The notes beneath the pieces were generated by a model that saw nothing but the letters and a program-made list of their open reading frames with translations, had not been told where the DNA came from and did not search any database. Positions 1-12,211 of a stretch of 64,000 nucleotides of DNA are shown in pieces (within the stretch, counting starts at the first letter, position 1; the number at the start of each line of letters is the position of its first letter). A program made the position numbers and the translations under genes. The DNA comes from Azolla caroliniana (lineage: Eukaryota > Plantae > Polypodiophyta): positions 3,906,001 to 3,970,000 of the forward strand of contig JBHGNT010000021.1 of assembly GCA_043228905.1 (NCBI GenBank). Reading direction: 5' to 3'.

Positions 1-58
1 TATATGTATATTGTTTCCTTTAATTTTAATACCAATGGAGGATATTTTTTATGGAAAA

Positions 59-312
<254 letters not shown>

Positions 313-1494
313 TGTACCATAATGTTAGATTAAAGACAATGGTGTTCGATTACAACGAGAAAACGTGTTGTCATGGAATGGCATCGCGTAATGCTTTTGT
401 AGAATCCCTTCATGGATCCCTCTTGCATAGTTCCTTCATGGAATAACATGGCGCTTGTGGAATGAAGGGGCCTTCATGTATTCCAAGGGGCTCTCCTAGA
501 ATCAAAGGGGCACTCTAGGATTGAATAGATGCTCATATAATTAATAGGCACTCATGCTTTGTACCAACACACGTGCAATAAATGGGCTTCCGTGGATTTG
601 CACCCCTTCAAGCACTCTCTCTTGGAAAAGCCACACATCACCATTAAAAATGAGATTAACCAACATTAATATTAACAATCTTTTCTACCACAAATCCTAG
701 ATTAAGGACAACAATGTACGATTACAATGAGAAAACCATTTTTAACTTAAGTGAATAACAATGGGAACACAAAAAGAAAAGAAACAATCAAGGAAAAAGG
801 TTGAGTTTCGTGGCCTGAGCTCTAGATCAACATTCGTGATCCTCTTGTCAATGCTTTCCATAGCTTTCGAATTCAATCTTCTCCCTCTTTAGTACCTCTT
901 TCTCCGTCTCTTGCATTCCTCCCCTGAACAAGAAGAACCCTAAATAGCTCAATAGAAGACAAACCTTTAAACCTTCAAACCCAACCCAAGGAGAAGACAT
1001 TCAAGAGATGTAGCCTAATACATCCACTCCCATTAACCATTTAGAACCCTAAATTGATGAAGAAAAAGATAAACCTAAGAAGAAGACAAGAAAAATACCC
1101 AAACCTAAAACCCAAAAAAGGAAAAGAAGTGTCTCTCTAAACTCCGAAATAACGATCTCCCAAAAATAAACTCTTCCTTCCCTTTTTTCATAGTGAGAGA
1201 AAAGGCCCACTTATCATAATAAACATTCACTTATCCCCCTTCTCATCGAGAAACAAAAATGGTATATAATATATTACTCCTATGTGCAAATGTGCCAAAA
1301 AAAAAACCCAGATGAAGACGAGAAAAACACCCAAAACCCTAAAACCCCAAAAAGAAAAAAGAAGTTCCTCTCCAAACTCCAAATAATAATCTCCCAAAAA
1401 ATGACAAAGTAACCTGAAAATAAGCCCTTCCCTCCCCTTTCTATAGTCACGAGTGAAGAGGCTTGTCTATCGTAATAAATGCTCACTTACCCCC

Positions 1495-2000
1495 TATTAG
1501 AATTTAACTAACTATTTAAAGGAAATATAAGGAATTATTAACCAAACAAAGGAAAGAGGGGTGTCAAACCACTCGGCCACCCCTAACAATGACGTGAGAC
1601 GGACCTGAACCTCCTCGATGTCCCATACCATCGAGGATTTATGAGAGTCGTAGCTTGGGTTTTGTGAGGATTTCATGTGCTTAGCTAAGAAGAGTCATAG
1701 GCTATGGCCACATTGGCATAATCTCAACATAAGTCCCGCCTCCCTTTGATTAGAAGATGTCCTATACCATCGAGGATTGCATGTGCTTAGCTGGCCTCCT
1801 TAAATAGGCAAAAACCCTAGGCCTTAGTGTGTTCACACTTCACACTTTATTTGAAGTGGTCAAGTCATAACACACTTAATAGTTATCCCAGACAATAGAA
1901 TTGAATATTACAATCTTGTTCCTTTCATAGTTAACTCGCACGTACTCATCATAAGATTAGGAAGAACTACGGAAAACCTATATCATGATCAGTTATGGTC
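1495..2000. mobile_element. Probable solo LTR or other insertion interrupting an older duplication
   Basis: Segments about 1050-1265 and 1300-1494 are diverged copies; the second breaks at ACTTACCCCC and resumes at about 2001 (CTCCCTTTTAATCGAGAAAC). The insert holds an LTR-like TATA context (CCTATTTAAGG on the minus strand near 1800). Ends approximate. Confidence 0.4.
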
Positions 2001-2288
2001 CTCCCTTTTAATCGAGAAACGGAAAGGGTAAATTTCTCCACATGCACATGTGCTAAGACTCAAACGTTTCACCTTTTCCACCGCACAATATATAGCCTTT
2101 ACCACTTGATTATTCACCTCTTATTATTTTATTTTTCTTTTTATACTACATGTTAGCACTTTTCTATGATTGTCTCTTTTTCTTCTTATTCTATTCGCCA
2201 CGTCAAGGCATCATACCACTTTCTATGATTGTGTCTTTTCCTCATTTTCTCTACTTGCCACGTCAAGACATCATACGACTAGCAACCT

Positions 2289-4234
2289 TGTTCTACGCAT
2301 GACCATAATTTACCCCGTGGTAGTTAGTACATTAGTCTTCTACATACGAGGATAAATTTGTGAGGCTTAATTGAGAGTGTAAAGAAAGGAGGATTACTTT
2401 TAATCCTAGGGATTAAAACAATGCTCATGGGGCAAGTGTGAACTTGCTCGAGGGCCTCCTGTCTCGCTATATATATGAGACCTAGTTGTCCTCATTGGAC
2501 ACATTATTCGACAATGTGAAGACTATGATCTTGTGGTGAACATACTCTTGGGCAAGCATGCGCCAATACTAGGTATGACTCGATGCCATGGTAGTAGTAT
2601 GTTAGGATGTCATCTGTCTCGATCCCTTCGCATGGGGGGTGGATCCCTTCTTTCTCTCTCTTTCTCTTTATTATCTATCATCTATTTCACTAACTTATGC
2701 ATACATTAGAAATAATCTCTAACATATAAAGCCGTAAAGGACGATGATCATATCTTATCTAGGACTTTAATTTTACCATACGATATCCTAAGGGTTTCTT
2801 GAACACTGTCACTAATGTACTTCGTCACATCTATGAAATTAACATATTTAGCTTCATGGAAATAACATCAAATCTTTATGAATAACTTCGAGGAAAGGAT
2901 CCTGATGACAGTTATTTTGCAAAACAATAAATGGGAGTGTATATCTATGGATTTTATTGTTGGCCTTCCTTACACCCAAAAAGACCATGATTTGGGTTGT
3001 AGTTAACAGACTAACTAAAATGGCCAAGTTTATTGTTATTAAAACCACGATAACCACTTCTAAATTGGTTTACCAATCTATTCATGAGTTACTCTATTTT
3101 TATGGATATTGTGAGTGATCGAAATTCAAAGTTTACTTGTCACTTTTGGACACAAGTCTTTAAGAAATTAGAAATTACCTTGAGCATTAGCTCCATGGAT
3201 CATCCTCAATTCGATGGACACACCGAAAGAGTAAATCACATTATTAAGTACATTCTTCAAGCATACATTATTTCCTTGACCCTAAGCTCCGATCCAATTT
3301 ACTCCCTTTGAGTCTGAGGATCCTTTGAGTCCAAGACCTATCATCAACGCCTTCTCAACCCTTGTGACCTCTCTCATCCAAGACTTGCGTGGTCCTGCTT
3401 GGGTAGCACATGCAAGCGCATTATCACAACAACTTGTGCCTCAAGTTTCTACGATATTGTCTACGGGTAACTCCACTAAGTTAGTCCCACAGTTTTGTCG
3501 ACCTTTCACAATCCCCAAATGCATTGGTTCATCAACCTATCGTCTCGCCCTTCCTAATAGTGTCAGAATCTATGTAGATTTTCATGTAAGTCGTTTAAAA
3601 GTACTTCTTGATTTTGGCAATAATATACTTAAAAGTGAAACTCTAGTACATTCTAAAACAATTCAGGAATTTAAAATTAAATGGATGGATAAGTCAATAG
3701 AAGATGTTAAATAGAAACGAGAAAACACCATTAAAACTAACTTTCCAAACTTTTCATTGCAAGAGTGGAATATTTCAAAGAGGGGGGGGGAGTATATTAC
3801 AAGCATGACCATAACTTACCCTGTAATAGTTTGTACCATAGGCTTCTACACACAAGAATAAAATTGTGAGGCTTAATCAAGAGTGTAAAGAAATGGGGCT
3901 TACTTTTAATCTTAGGGACTGAGATAACTCTTATGGGCCAAGTGTGAACTTGCCGGGGGGCCTTAGGTCTGGCTATAAATAAGAGGCCTCATTATCCTCA
4001 TTGGACACATTATTCGGCAACGTCGAGACTATGACCTTGCGGTGAATGCGCACCAATACCAAGTACAACTCGATGGCATGGCGGTAGCATGGGATGTCGT
4101 TCAAGCCTCGGGTCCATCTCAATCCCTTCACTCGGGGGTGGTCAAGTGGATCAACACCCTTCTCTCTCTCTTCCTCTTTACTATCTATCATCTATTTCCG
4201 TGTCTTATGTGTACATTACAAATAATCTCTAACA
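2289..4234 (+). mobile_element. Internally deleted, decayed Ty3/gypsy (chromovirus-like) LTR retrotransposon
   Basis: Two diverged LTRs, 2289-2724 (TG...CA) and 3795-4234 (TA...CA); polypurine tract AAAGAGGGGGGGGGAG just before the 3' LTR; flanks AACCT/AACCC (4 of 5 TSD match); integrase relics (WECISMDFIVGL, IVSDRNSKF...HPQFDGHTERVN) and a GPF/chromo-like region (PFTIPKCIGSSTYRLALP...FHVSRLK...FKIKW). Confidence 0.9.
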
Positions 4235-4502
4235 AACCCAAGGGACAATTAACTTGTCATCGGTATCATGTGAAGATTTCATATTGTTTCTTTCTCATAA
4301 TAGGGGGTCAATTGCCAGTTGAGGAAACCAAGCGCGGAAGCCAAATCTTGATCAATGGCTTACGTTGGAAGCACCCGAAAATCTACACAGATCCCCCTCT
4401 TGACACTTGACCTATTATTATTCATTACATAAGGTCATCCTCTATTGGATTTCCTTCCTCTTGGCCACACGAATTATTATTTTGTGTAGGGGTAATACAG
4501 AA

Positions 4503-5082
4503 ATTTGTTTGTGCACACCATTACTGCATTTCGAATTCCAGATTAAAGAAAACAGGGAAGCAGTTTTGATCACTAACTGTAGTGTGGCATTTTGTAACCA
4601 TAATCTTTCAAAGAAATTGCAGCCTTCTTCCTATGCCTCATCCTTTCCATCATCCAAACTGCCTCACAACACCCATCCTTGTGAGATCTCAAGAGGAGCA
4701 TCTTTTATCCACTCAACACTTTTTTTTAGATGGGAAGTACTCTATATCCCCAAACAGAATGCACTTTTCCACTTGCATCATCAGCCCACTATTTGTTTGT
4801 GCACACCATTACTGCATTTTGAGTTCCAGATTAAAGAAAACAGGGAAGCAGTTTTGATCACTAACTGTAGTGTGGCATTTTGTAACCATAACCTTTCAAA
4901 GAAATTGCAGCCTTCTTCCTATGCCTCATCCTTTCCATCATCCAAACTGCCTCACAACACCCATCCTTGTGAGATCTCAAGAGGAGCATCTTTTATCCAC
5001 TCAACACTTTTTTTTAGATGGGAAGTACTCTATATCCCCAAACAGAATGCACTTTTCCACTTGCATCATCAGCCCACTATTT
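4503..5082. repeat. 288-bp tandem duplication in the PPR 3' region
   Basis: Copies start at 4503 and 4791 and are nearly identical; ATTT microhomology at 4503/4791/5079. Confidence 0.97.
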
Positions 5083-5088
5083 ATTCTC

Positions 5089-7668
5089 TTAATTCTCACA
5101 AGCAGCATATTTCAGTCTCATGATTTCAATCCTTTGTGCATCCTCTTGCATGCCAACAGCTATAAAAATATCAGCCATAAGGACATAAGCTCCAGCACAA
5201 GTATTATCTAATTTCACTACCTCATCAAAAGCCAATTTCCCAAGCTTCACATTTACCCATTTCCTACAAGCGCCCAAAAGGGCTAGCCAAACTGAAGGGT
5301 CATCAGAACATGGCATCACCTTAATTAATGCCATTGCCTTGTCAAAATATCCAGCCCGCCCAAAAGCCCTTACCATGCAAATATGATGCTCATAGTTTGG
5401 AGAAATTCCATATTTTGTTGTCATTTCCTCAAAAAGCACTTGGGCATCATCCAATAAACCAGAGTGGCCACAAGCACTCAACACACACATGAATGTAATA
5501 TCATCTGGAGAGACACTTTCACTTAGCATATCTTCAAAACACTTCAGTGCATCAACACCTTGTCCTTGTTGTGTATATCCAGCAAGAAGAGTATTCCAAG
5601 TCACTACATCTCGATGAGGAAGTTCCCTGAGTACCTCTTTTGCTTTTCCAAGCACGCTGCATTTGGTATACATGTCTACCAAAGCAGTGCCGAGCATAAT
5701 ATCCTTCTCCAAAAATCCTGTTTTGAGAATCTCGTCATGGATATATTTACCTTTGTCTATAGCTCCGGTGTTGCCACATGCCTTCAAGATACAAAGGAAG
5801 GTGACTACATCTGGTGAGAGGCCCTCATTCTGCAGTCTTGCAAAGCAATCCAGTGCTTCATGGCATTGCCCCTGCTTTGCATACCCTGCAATCAGTCCAT
5901 TCCAAGAGATCACATCTCGGATAGGAAGCTTATCGAGTATTTTCCGTGCTTTCATAAGCATACCACATTTGACATACATATCCACCAACGCATTTCCAAG
6001 CACCAGATCCTTTCCTAACAAGCCCCTACTCACAATCTCTTCGTAAATGTAATCGCCCATATCAATAGTTCCTGTGCTACCACATGCCTTCAAAACACAA
6101 ACAAATGTGATTGCATCCGGAAAGACACCATCACTTTGCATCCTTCCAAAGCAGTTAATTGCTTCAAGTCCTTGATCTTTCTGGGCATATGCTGCAATCA
6201 AGGCATTCCAAGAGGTTGCATATCTAATAGGTATCTCGTTAAGAACAACTTGTGCTTTTGCAAGCGCCCCACATTTAGCATACATATTCACTAAAGCATT
6301 GCCGAGCACGATATCCTTCTTCATCAAGCCCCTACTTACAATATTATTGTGTATTTGTTCTCCCTTTCTTACCGCTCCTACACTGCTGCAGGCCTTCAAG
6401 ATGCAAATGAAGGTGACATCATTCGGACAGATGCCTTCATTCTTCATATATTCATAACAGCTTATTGCTTCATGGAATTGCTCATTCTGAGCATAGCCTG
6501 AAATTAGTGCATTCCAAGTGACCACGTCTCTAACAGGAAGCTCTTGAAGTACTTGGTCTGCTTTTGCAACTGCACCACATTTCACATACATATCCACTAA
6601 AGCAGTCCCAAGTACTAGACCTTCATCCAACAAGCCCGTACTAAGAATCTTGTTATGAACTTCTCTGCCTTTATCGATAGCTTGTGAGCTTCCACAAGCC
6701 TTCAAGATGCAAACATACGTGATCGCATCTGGAGAGAAGCTTTCATTTTGCATCCTCTCAAAGCATTCTATTGCTTGATAACCTTGCTCTTGTTGGGCAT
6801 AACCTGCGATCAGTGAAGACCACGATACAAGCCCTCTAATACGAAGACATTCAAGAACTCCTTGCGCTTTTGCAACCATACCACATTTGGCATACATATC
6901 AATCAAAGCATTGCCAAGAGCAAGGCTTTTCTCTAAAAAACCGTTACTCAAAATCTCATCATGAATTTGTTCACCCTTGTTTATAGCTCCAATGCTACCA
7001 CATGCACTTAAGACACAAATGAAGGTCACTTCATTTGGAGAGATGCCTTCACTTTGCATCCTTTCAAAACAGTTTATTGCTTCTTGGCCTTGCCCTTGTT
7101 GGGCATACTCAGAAACGATTGCAGACCATGAAACTACATTTCGAGTGGGAAGTTCTTCAAGTATTTGTCTTGCAGTTTCAAGCTTGCCACATTTGGCATA
7201 CATATCTATCAAAGCAGTGCCAAGCATGATATCCTTCTTTAGCAAGTCATTTCCCATTATGTCAACATGAATTTTCTGCCCAATGTTTATTGCTCCCATG
7301 CTTCCACAAGCCTTTAAGACTGAAATGAAAGTGATGGTATTTGGAGTAAGACCCTCATTTTGCATACATTCAAAACAATGCAATGCCTCATCACATCGAG
7401 AATTCTGGCTATAACCTGATATTAAAGCATTCCAAGTGACAACATTTCGGATTGGAAGTTCTTCAAGAACTTCATGTGCTTTGACCAGAGCACCACATTT
7501 CGCATACATACTGATTAACGTACTGGCCACGTAAGCATTTTTTTCAAGTAGACATTTTCTCAGTATATCAGTATGTACACATATACCTTGAGAAATATCC
7601 TTCCTAGTAGTACAAGCCTTGAGAAGAGCAACAAATCTAAAAGCCTCTTCATCATTATTCATTTTCAT
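5089..7668 (-). CDS. Intronless PLS-class pentatricopeptide repeat protein with C-terminal E domain, no DYW domain
   Basis: 859-aa ORF of repeating P-L-S triplets (VTWNALISGY / TFICILKAC / LGNALVDMYAKCG) ending in an E-like motif (VWLALLGACRKW...AYVLMADIF); no HSE/CxxC/DYW motifs. Confidence 0.95.
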   Translation of the reverse strand: MKMNNDEEAFRFVALLKACTTRKDISQGICVHTDILRKCLLEKNAYVASTLISMYAKCGALVKAHEVLEELPIRNVVTWNALISGYSQNSRCDEALHCFECMQNEGLTPNTITFISVLKACGSMGAINIGQKIHVDIMGNDLLKKDIMLGTALIDMYAKCGKLETARQILEELPTRNVVSWSAIVSEYAQQGQGQEAINCFERMQSEGISPNEVTFICVLSACGSIGAINKGEQIHDEILSNGFLEKSLALGNALIDMYAKCGMVAKAQGVLECLRIRGLVSWSSLIAGYAQQEQGYQAIECFERMQNESFSPDAITYVCILKACGSSQAIDKGREVHNKILSTGLLDEGLVLGTALVDMYVKCGAVAKADQVLQELPVRDVVTWNALISGYAQNEQFHEAISCYEYMKNEGICPNDVTFICILKACSSVGAVRKGEQIHNNIVSRGLMKKDIVLGNALVNMYAKCGALAKAQVVLNEIPIRYATSWNALIAAYAQKDQGLEAINCFGRMQSDGVFPDAITFVCVLKACGSTGTIDMGDYIYEEIVSRGLLGKDLVLGNALVDMYVKCGMLMKARKILDKLPIRDVISWNGLIAGYAKQGQCHEALDCFARLQNEGLSPDVVTFLCILKACGNTGAIDKGKYIHDEILKTGFLEKDIMLGTALVDMYTKCSVLGKAKEVLRELPHRDVVTWNTLLAGYTQQGQGVDALKCFEDMLSESVSPDDITFMCVLSACGHSGLLDDAQVLFEEMTTKYGISPNYEHHICMVRAFGRAGYFDKAMALIKVMPCSDDPSVWLALLGACRKWVNVKLGKLAFDEVVKLDNTCAGAYVLMADIFIAVGMQEDAQRIEIMRLKYAACEN

Positions 7669-7725
7669 TATTACTAAAGTTCATGCAAAAAATCAAACAC
7701 TTCTTTCTTCCTCTTTACATCCCTC

Positions 7726-8403
7726 CAGGACATTTCTCTTCTTTCCACCAGCAACTCAAGGTATAGACCGTAGCCAGAAAGACCCGTGTTTAGCATAAGT
7801 ATCAGGCAATCTGAAGTGAACATGAAACATACAGGTCTCTCCATATGTCTGTGTCATGGTTGTGCGGGATGCCAATGCTAATATTCTCGCAATCCGTCCA
7901 ATCTTACTTATCAGGACATTTCTCTTCTTTCCACCAACAACTCAAGGTATATAGACCATAGCCAGAACAACCCGTGTTTAGCAAAAGTATCAGGCAATCT
8001 GAAGTGAACATGAAACATACAGGTCTCTCCATATGTCCGTGTCATGGTTGTGCGGGATGCCAATGCTAATCTTCTCGCAATCCGTCCAATCTTACTTATC
8101 AGGAGTCACGGGAAAAGAGGCTTTCAGATTGTCAGAATGCCATATCTATCGAAAATTAGTCAGTGCTGCTGAATTCAGGAGGATCACAAAACTTTGCTCC
8201 TTCTTAATCTGTCAAAATAATGAGGGTATGTACTATGTGTGGATGGATGGTGCAGCAGCAGCAGCAACAGAGAGCTAAATCCGTCCAATCTTTACTTATC
8301 AGGAGTCACAGGAAAAGAAGCTTTCAGATTGTAAGAAATGCCATATCTACCAAAAATTACACAGTGCTGCTGAATTCAGGAGGATCACAAAATTTTGCTC
8401 CTT
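7726..8403. repeat. Two overlapping tandem duplications upstream of the PPR ORF
   Basis: About 187-bp unit at 7726 and 7912; a second block AATCCGTCCAATCTT...TTTGCTCCTT at 8079 and 8278. Confidence 0.9.
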
Positions 8404-9725
8404 TCAGCAACAGAGCGCAGTATCTTCGGATTTGTCAGCCAACAATTTCCAGCAGAACATCGCAATTTGTCTCATCGCCCACAACAGTTTCCTTCTGACT
8501 AGTGCTGTTTAAACACTTCCATGAACCCCCACTCCATAGGTGAATCGCTGGCCTTCTTGTTTGCCTCTGCATTATCGGCTCCCTCTGATCGACCTCGCGT
8601 ATTTACTCACAATTCACAGAACCCATAGGTAGGTCGAATCGAGAGTGTAACAAATCATTTTACCCTTGAAAGCCCATATGTATTCTCAAGGACATGATCG
8701 CACAACCAGTCTTTTTTACATTTTATTTTACAAATGCCTTTCTTTTACGAGGGCATGACTTTATGTTTAGGGATTTAACTATTCTTTTATAAAGTGTGCT
8801 ACAACTGATTCATGTCCCTTTGATCCACACATTTCACCATTCAATAGAACCAAAAACCCTGATGAAACAATATCTAAGATTGATGCCTTTACTTGGATTA
8901 AATTGATAAGAGTTTGTTGCATTTAACGAAGCAATAATATTCCACAACCTATTCATGGATTCGTTAGTAATTTGATTTATTGAATATGTTTTATCCCAAC
9001 AACTTTTTACTATCTTAATGCTTTTTGGCTTAGTTACAGATTTTTTACATTGGGACTGCTCTCCCACTTCTACTTCAACACCAAACCTTCCATTGAAGTT
9101 TCTTGCATCATAACATGTGTAAAGGAAAGGAATGCATTCTCTGGTCGTTGTCACAAAACACAACCCTAATTGTTTAAAATTCCCCTTCGCATTCTTGAAG
9201 CCATGGTCACTTGCTCATTGACATAAAACACAACCATAATTGTTTTAAATTTCCTTTCACATTTGTGAGGCCATGCTTTTTACCCATTGCATGAAACACG
9301 ATAACTAAAATATATTACCCTACCAGTTTTCAGCATAAAAAGCTGTAAAATCAGATTTTAGCACAACTCCCTTTTATCTCCATAATTACAAATTATATTT
9401 CCACATGCTTTCATCAAGTATGCTTCTTTCGATTAGAGAATGAATTGTAGGGCTTCTTCAGATTAGAGAAGGGATTTCTAGGGCTTTACACAGATCATAA
9501 AGAAAATGGCTATCATCATTCGGTTTTATAGGATTGCTTACTTTTCAAGAATTTTATCATAGAGCCATTGCTCCATTCAATTCGAACATTCTTAATTCAA
9601 AAATCCTCCTGTTGGAAGAAAGAGTGGTCATAGGTTGGGCTAACTCCAATATAATCATATCCATCCGTTAATTTGCTAAACTAATCATAGGAGTGGTCTT
9701 CTGGTCTACAAATCATCAGGTTCTG

Positions 9726-9972
9726 CCACAAATTCCCAGTCAGACGTATTCAAACATTGCATACACTTTGTAAACCAAAACATGTTTCCTCATTGCTGCC
9801 TTTATCTTATCAATATCCGTTGCATACATTAGATGTATGCCTATTTCCCACAAATTCCCAGTCAGACGTATTCAAACATTGCATACACTTTGTAAACCAA
9901 AACATGTTTCCTCATTGCTGCCTTTATCTTATCAATATCCGTTGCATACATTAGATGTATGCCTATTTCCCA
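9726..9972. repeat. 122-bp tandem duplication downstream of the sHSP gene
   Basis: Apparently identical copies at 9726 and 9848; CCA microhomology at 9726/9848/9970. Confidence 0.95.
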
Positions 9973-10422
9973 TCCGCTACAATCATCCATTTCTTCTCTT
10001 TAAAAAATGTGCATTGTCACAATGCTGTACACATTGTGGACGTAGACAAAAGAAGAATGTGTTGTCCGAGAACAAAAAACTAGCATTCAAATTTGTAAGA
10101 TTCCAAAACAGATCCTTTCACTAGGTGTATAATATATGAAATGAGTCTCGAATTGCTTGAACGTTCCATGTTTATGTAAACCCTACATACAAAAAAAGCC
10201 TGAGCAGACAGCTTGCCCTACCTTTTGGGAACCTATGAGGAGGTCTCTTTTCTACTAGCTTCAGAAGTATTAACTAAGAAGAGGCGGAAGACAGATAACA
10301 TCTTCCTTCCCTGAGATTTTCTTTGCACTTTTCAGAACAGTGAAGAGGTGACTTTGATGATACCAGCATTTGGATAGACATTTTTTTCATAGATAACATA
10401 TACACCATACATCTGCCTTCGT

Positions 10423-11211
10423 TTAGCTCAGTTGAACTTGCACTCTCTTTTTAGTTTCGTCAACCTTGGGAGCAGTAACAAGAAGGACACCATTCTTTAG
10501 CTCAGCTTTGATGGCTTCTACCTTGACATTATCTGGAAGCTTGATTTTAATGTTGTAGGATCCACAACTCCTTGAAGACCAGTCATCTTCACCCTCCACA
10601 GGCTTGTGTTCACCTTTAATGGCTAGATTCCCTTCAATAACATCGAGAGATACCTCCTCTTTGCTTAAACCGGGCATGTCTAGACGCAGTTTAAAGGAAC
10701 TACCATCCTCCATGACATCCCATGGAGTCCGATTGGTGCTGCGAAGAGCACGAGAGGCAGATACAGCAGGATTTACAGCAGCAGAAGTGTTAATTAGATC
10801 TTCCATGGCATCCATCATTTGTAGAAGTGATGTCCCTCGTCCAATAGGTTGAAACATTTCTTCACGTGTGCAGAAAAGATGAAGGAATAATAAATTAAGA
10901 CAGTCGGGAATTTTCTATAACACGAAGACATGTAAAATACAGTTGAAAGAAAAAAACAATAAGCCAAACAAGAGTTCATCTTTACCAGAGAATAAACCAA
11001 ACGGAGGCACGCGTGCCCTTGGCGCAGCCTGCTGAGAAGAAGCAGAAGCAGCAGCCTGAGATGCATTACCCTTCTTCACACTCACAGTACTGTCATCTGC
11101 TTCATACGGCTTCGCTGCTGCTGCTGAAGACGAAGCAAAAAATCTCCTAGAAAGAAGTCCAGAGTGCTGCGTGAGAACTCCGCTCCTTTTCAAGGCAAGA
11201 CGAGAAGCCAT
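10423..11211 (-). CDS. Organellar (probably mitochondrial) small heat-shock protein, HSP20 family, 2 coding exons (11211-10986, 10859-10423), 220 aa
   Basis: Arg/Ser-rich presequence (MASRLALKRSG...LSRRFFASS); GT-AG phase-1 intron joins PFGLFS-E-MFQP; Met-rich segment LLQMMDAMEDL; alpha-crystallin domain (RTPWDVME...RLDMPGLSKEEV...IKAELKNGVL). Confidence 0.92.
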
Positions 11212-11292
11212 AACTAGCTACTATGCAACTCTAACTGGCCTGCAAAGTTCAGCAGTGACAAAAATACCAGTGTAAGCGAGAAATTTTGAGCC

Positions 11293-12020
11293 CAGGAAAG
11301 AATGAGTAATGGAAGCTCAAACATACGCAATACTATAAGTTGCAACATACGAAGCAGAAGGCATATAATCTTCAGAATAGCGACCACGTTTACTACAAAG
11401 ATCGTTTCTAAGCTTAAAAAGGAACCATCTGTGGAAGCGAGAAAGCAGATATGGGGTTTACACGACTTTCTCGCACAGGAAAGAATGAGTAATGGAAGCT
11501 CAAACATACGCAAAACTATAAGTTGCAACATACGAAGCAGAAGACATATATAATCTTCAGAATAGCGACCACGTTTACTACAAAGATCGTTTCTAAGCTT
11601 AAAAAGGAACCATCTGTGGAAGCGAGAAAGCAGATATGGGGTTTACACGACTTTCTCGCACAGGAAAGAATTGAGTAATGGAAGCTCAAACATACGCAAA
11701 ACTATAAGTTGCAACATACGAAGCAGAAGACATATAATCTTCAGAATAGCGACCACGTTTACTACAAAGATCGTTTCTAAGCTTAAAAAGGAACCATCTG
11801 TGGAAGCGAGAAAGCAGATATGGGGTTTACACGACTTTCTCGCACAGGAAAGAATTGAGTAATGGAAGCTCAAACATACGCAATACTATAAGTTACTACA
11901 TACGAAGCAGAAGACATATAACCTTCAGAATATAGCGACCACGTTTACTACAAAGACCGTTTCTAAGCTTAAAAAGGAACGATCTGTGGAAGCGAGAAAG
12001 CAGATATGGGGTTTACACGA
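11293..12020. repeat. Four tandem copies of a 183-185 bp unit within the sHSP 5' leader region
   Basis: Units start at 11293, 11476, 11661 and 11845 with high identity; enclosed by a minus-strand donor CAG|GTAAGC at 12092 and an acceptor TTGCAG at 11240. Confidence 0.96.
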
Positions 12021-12211
12021 ATATAGTAAAGGAGAAGAGAAGCCTACCATTACTATACAAAGAAGAAGAAAGAAGAAGAAGAAGCAGCTTACCTGAGAGA
12101 ATTGTTCGTGCAGGTAAACGTGCGTAGAGGGGTTTTGTTGCAGATTAGGTTTAGATTAGGGTTCGCTTCGCTTCGCTTGACCTATGAAAGCCACTTGAGC
12201 TGAGCTTATCA

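Noticed and set aside
4407-5211. 238-aa and shorter + strand ORFs with an internal repeat
   Set aside because: By-product of the 288-bp (multiple of 3) duplication, antisense to the PPR 3' region; no protein motifs.
11293-12020. CRISPR-like array or intronic H/ACA snoRNA cluster (hairpin followed by ACA)
   Set aside because: No unique spacers or cas genes, and the DNA is eukaryotic; only one short hairpin per unit with no convincing H box, and the ACA is part of a CAG acceptor.
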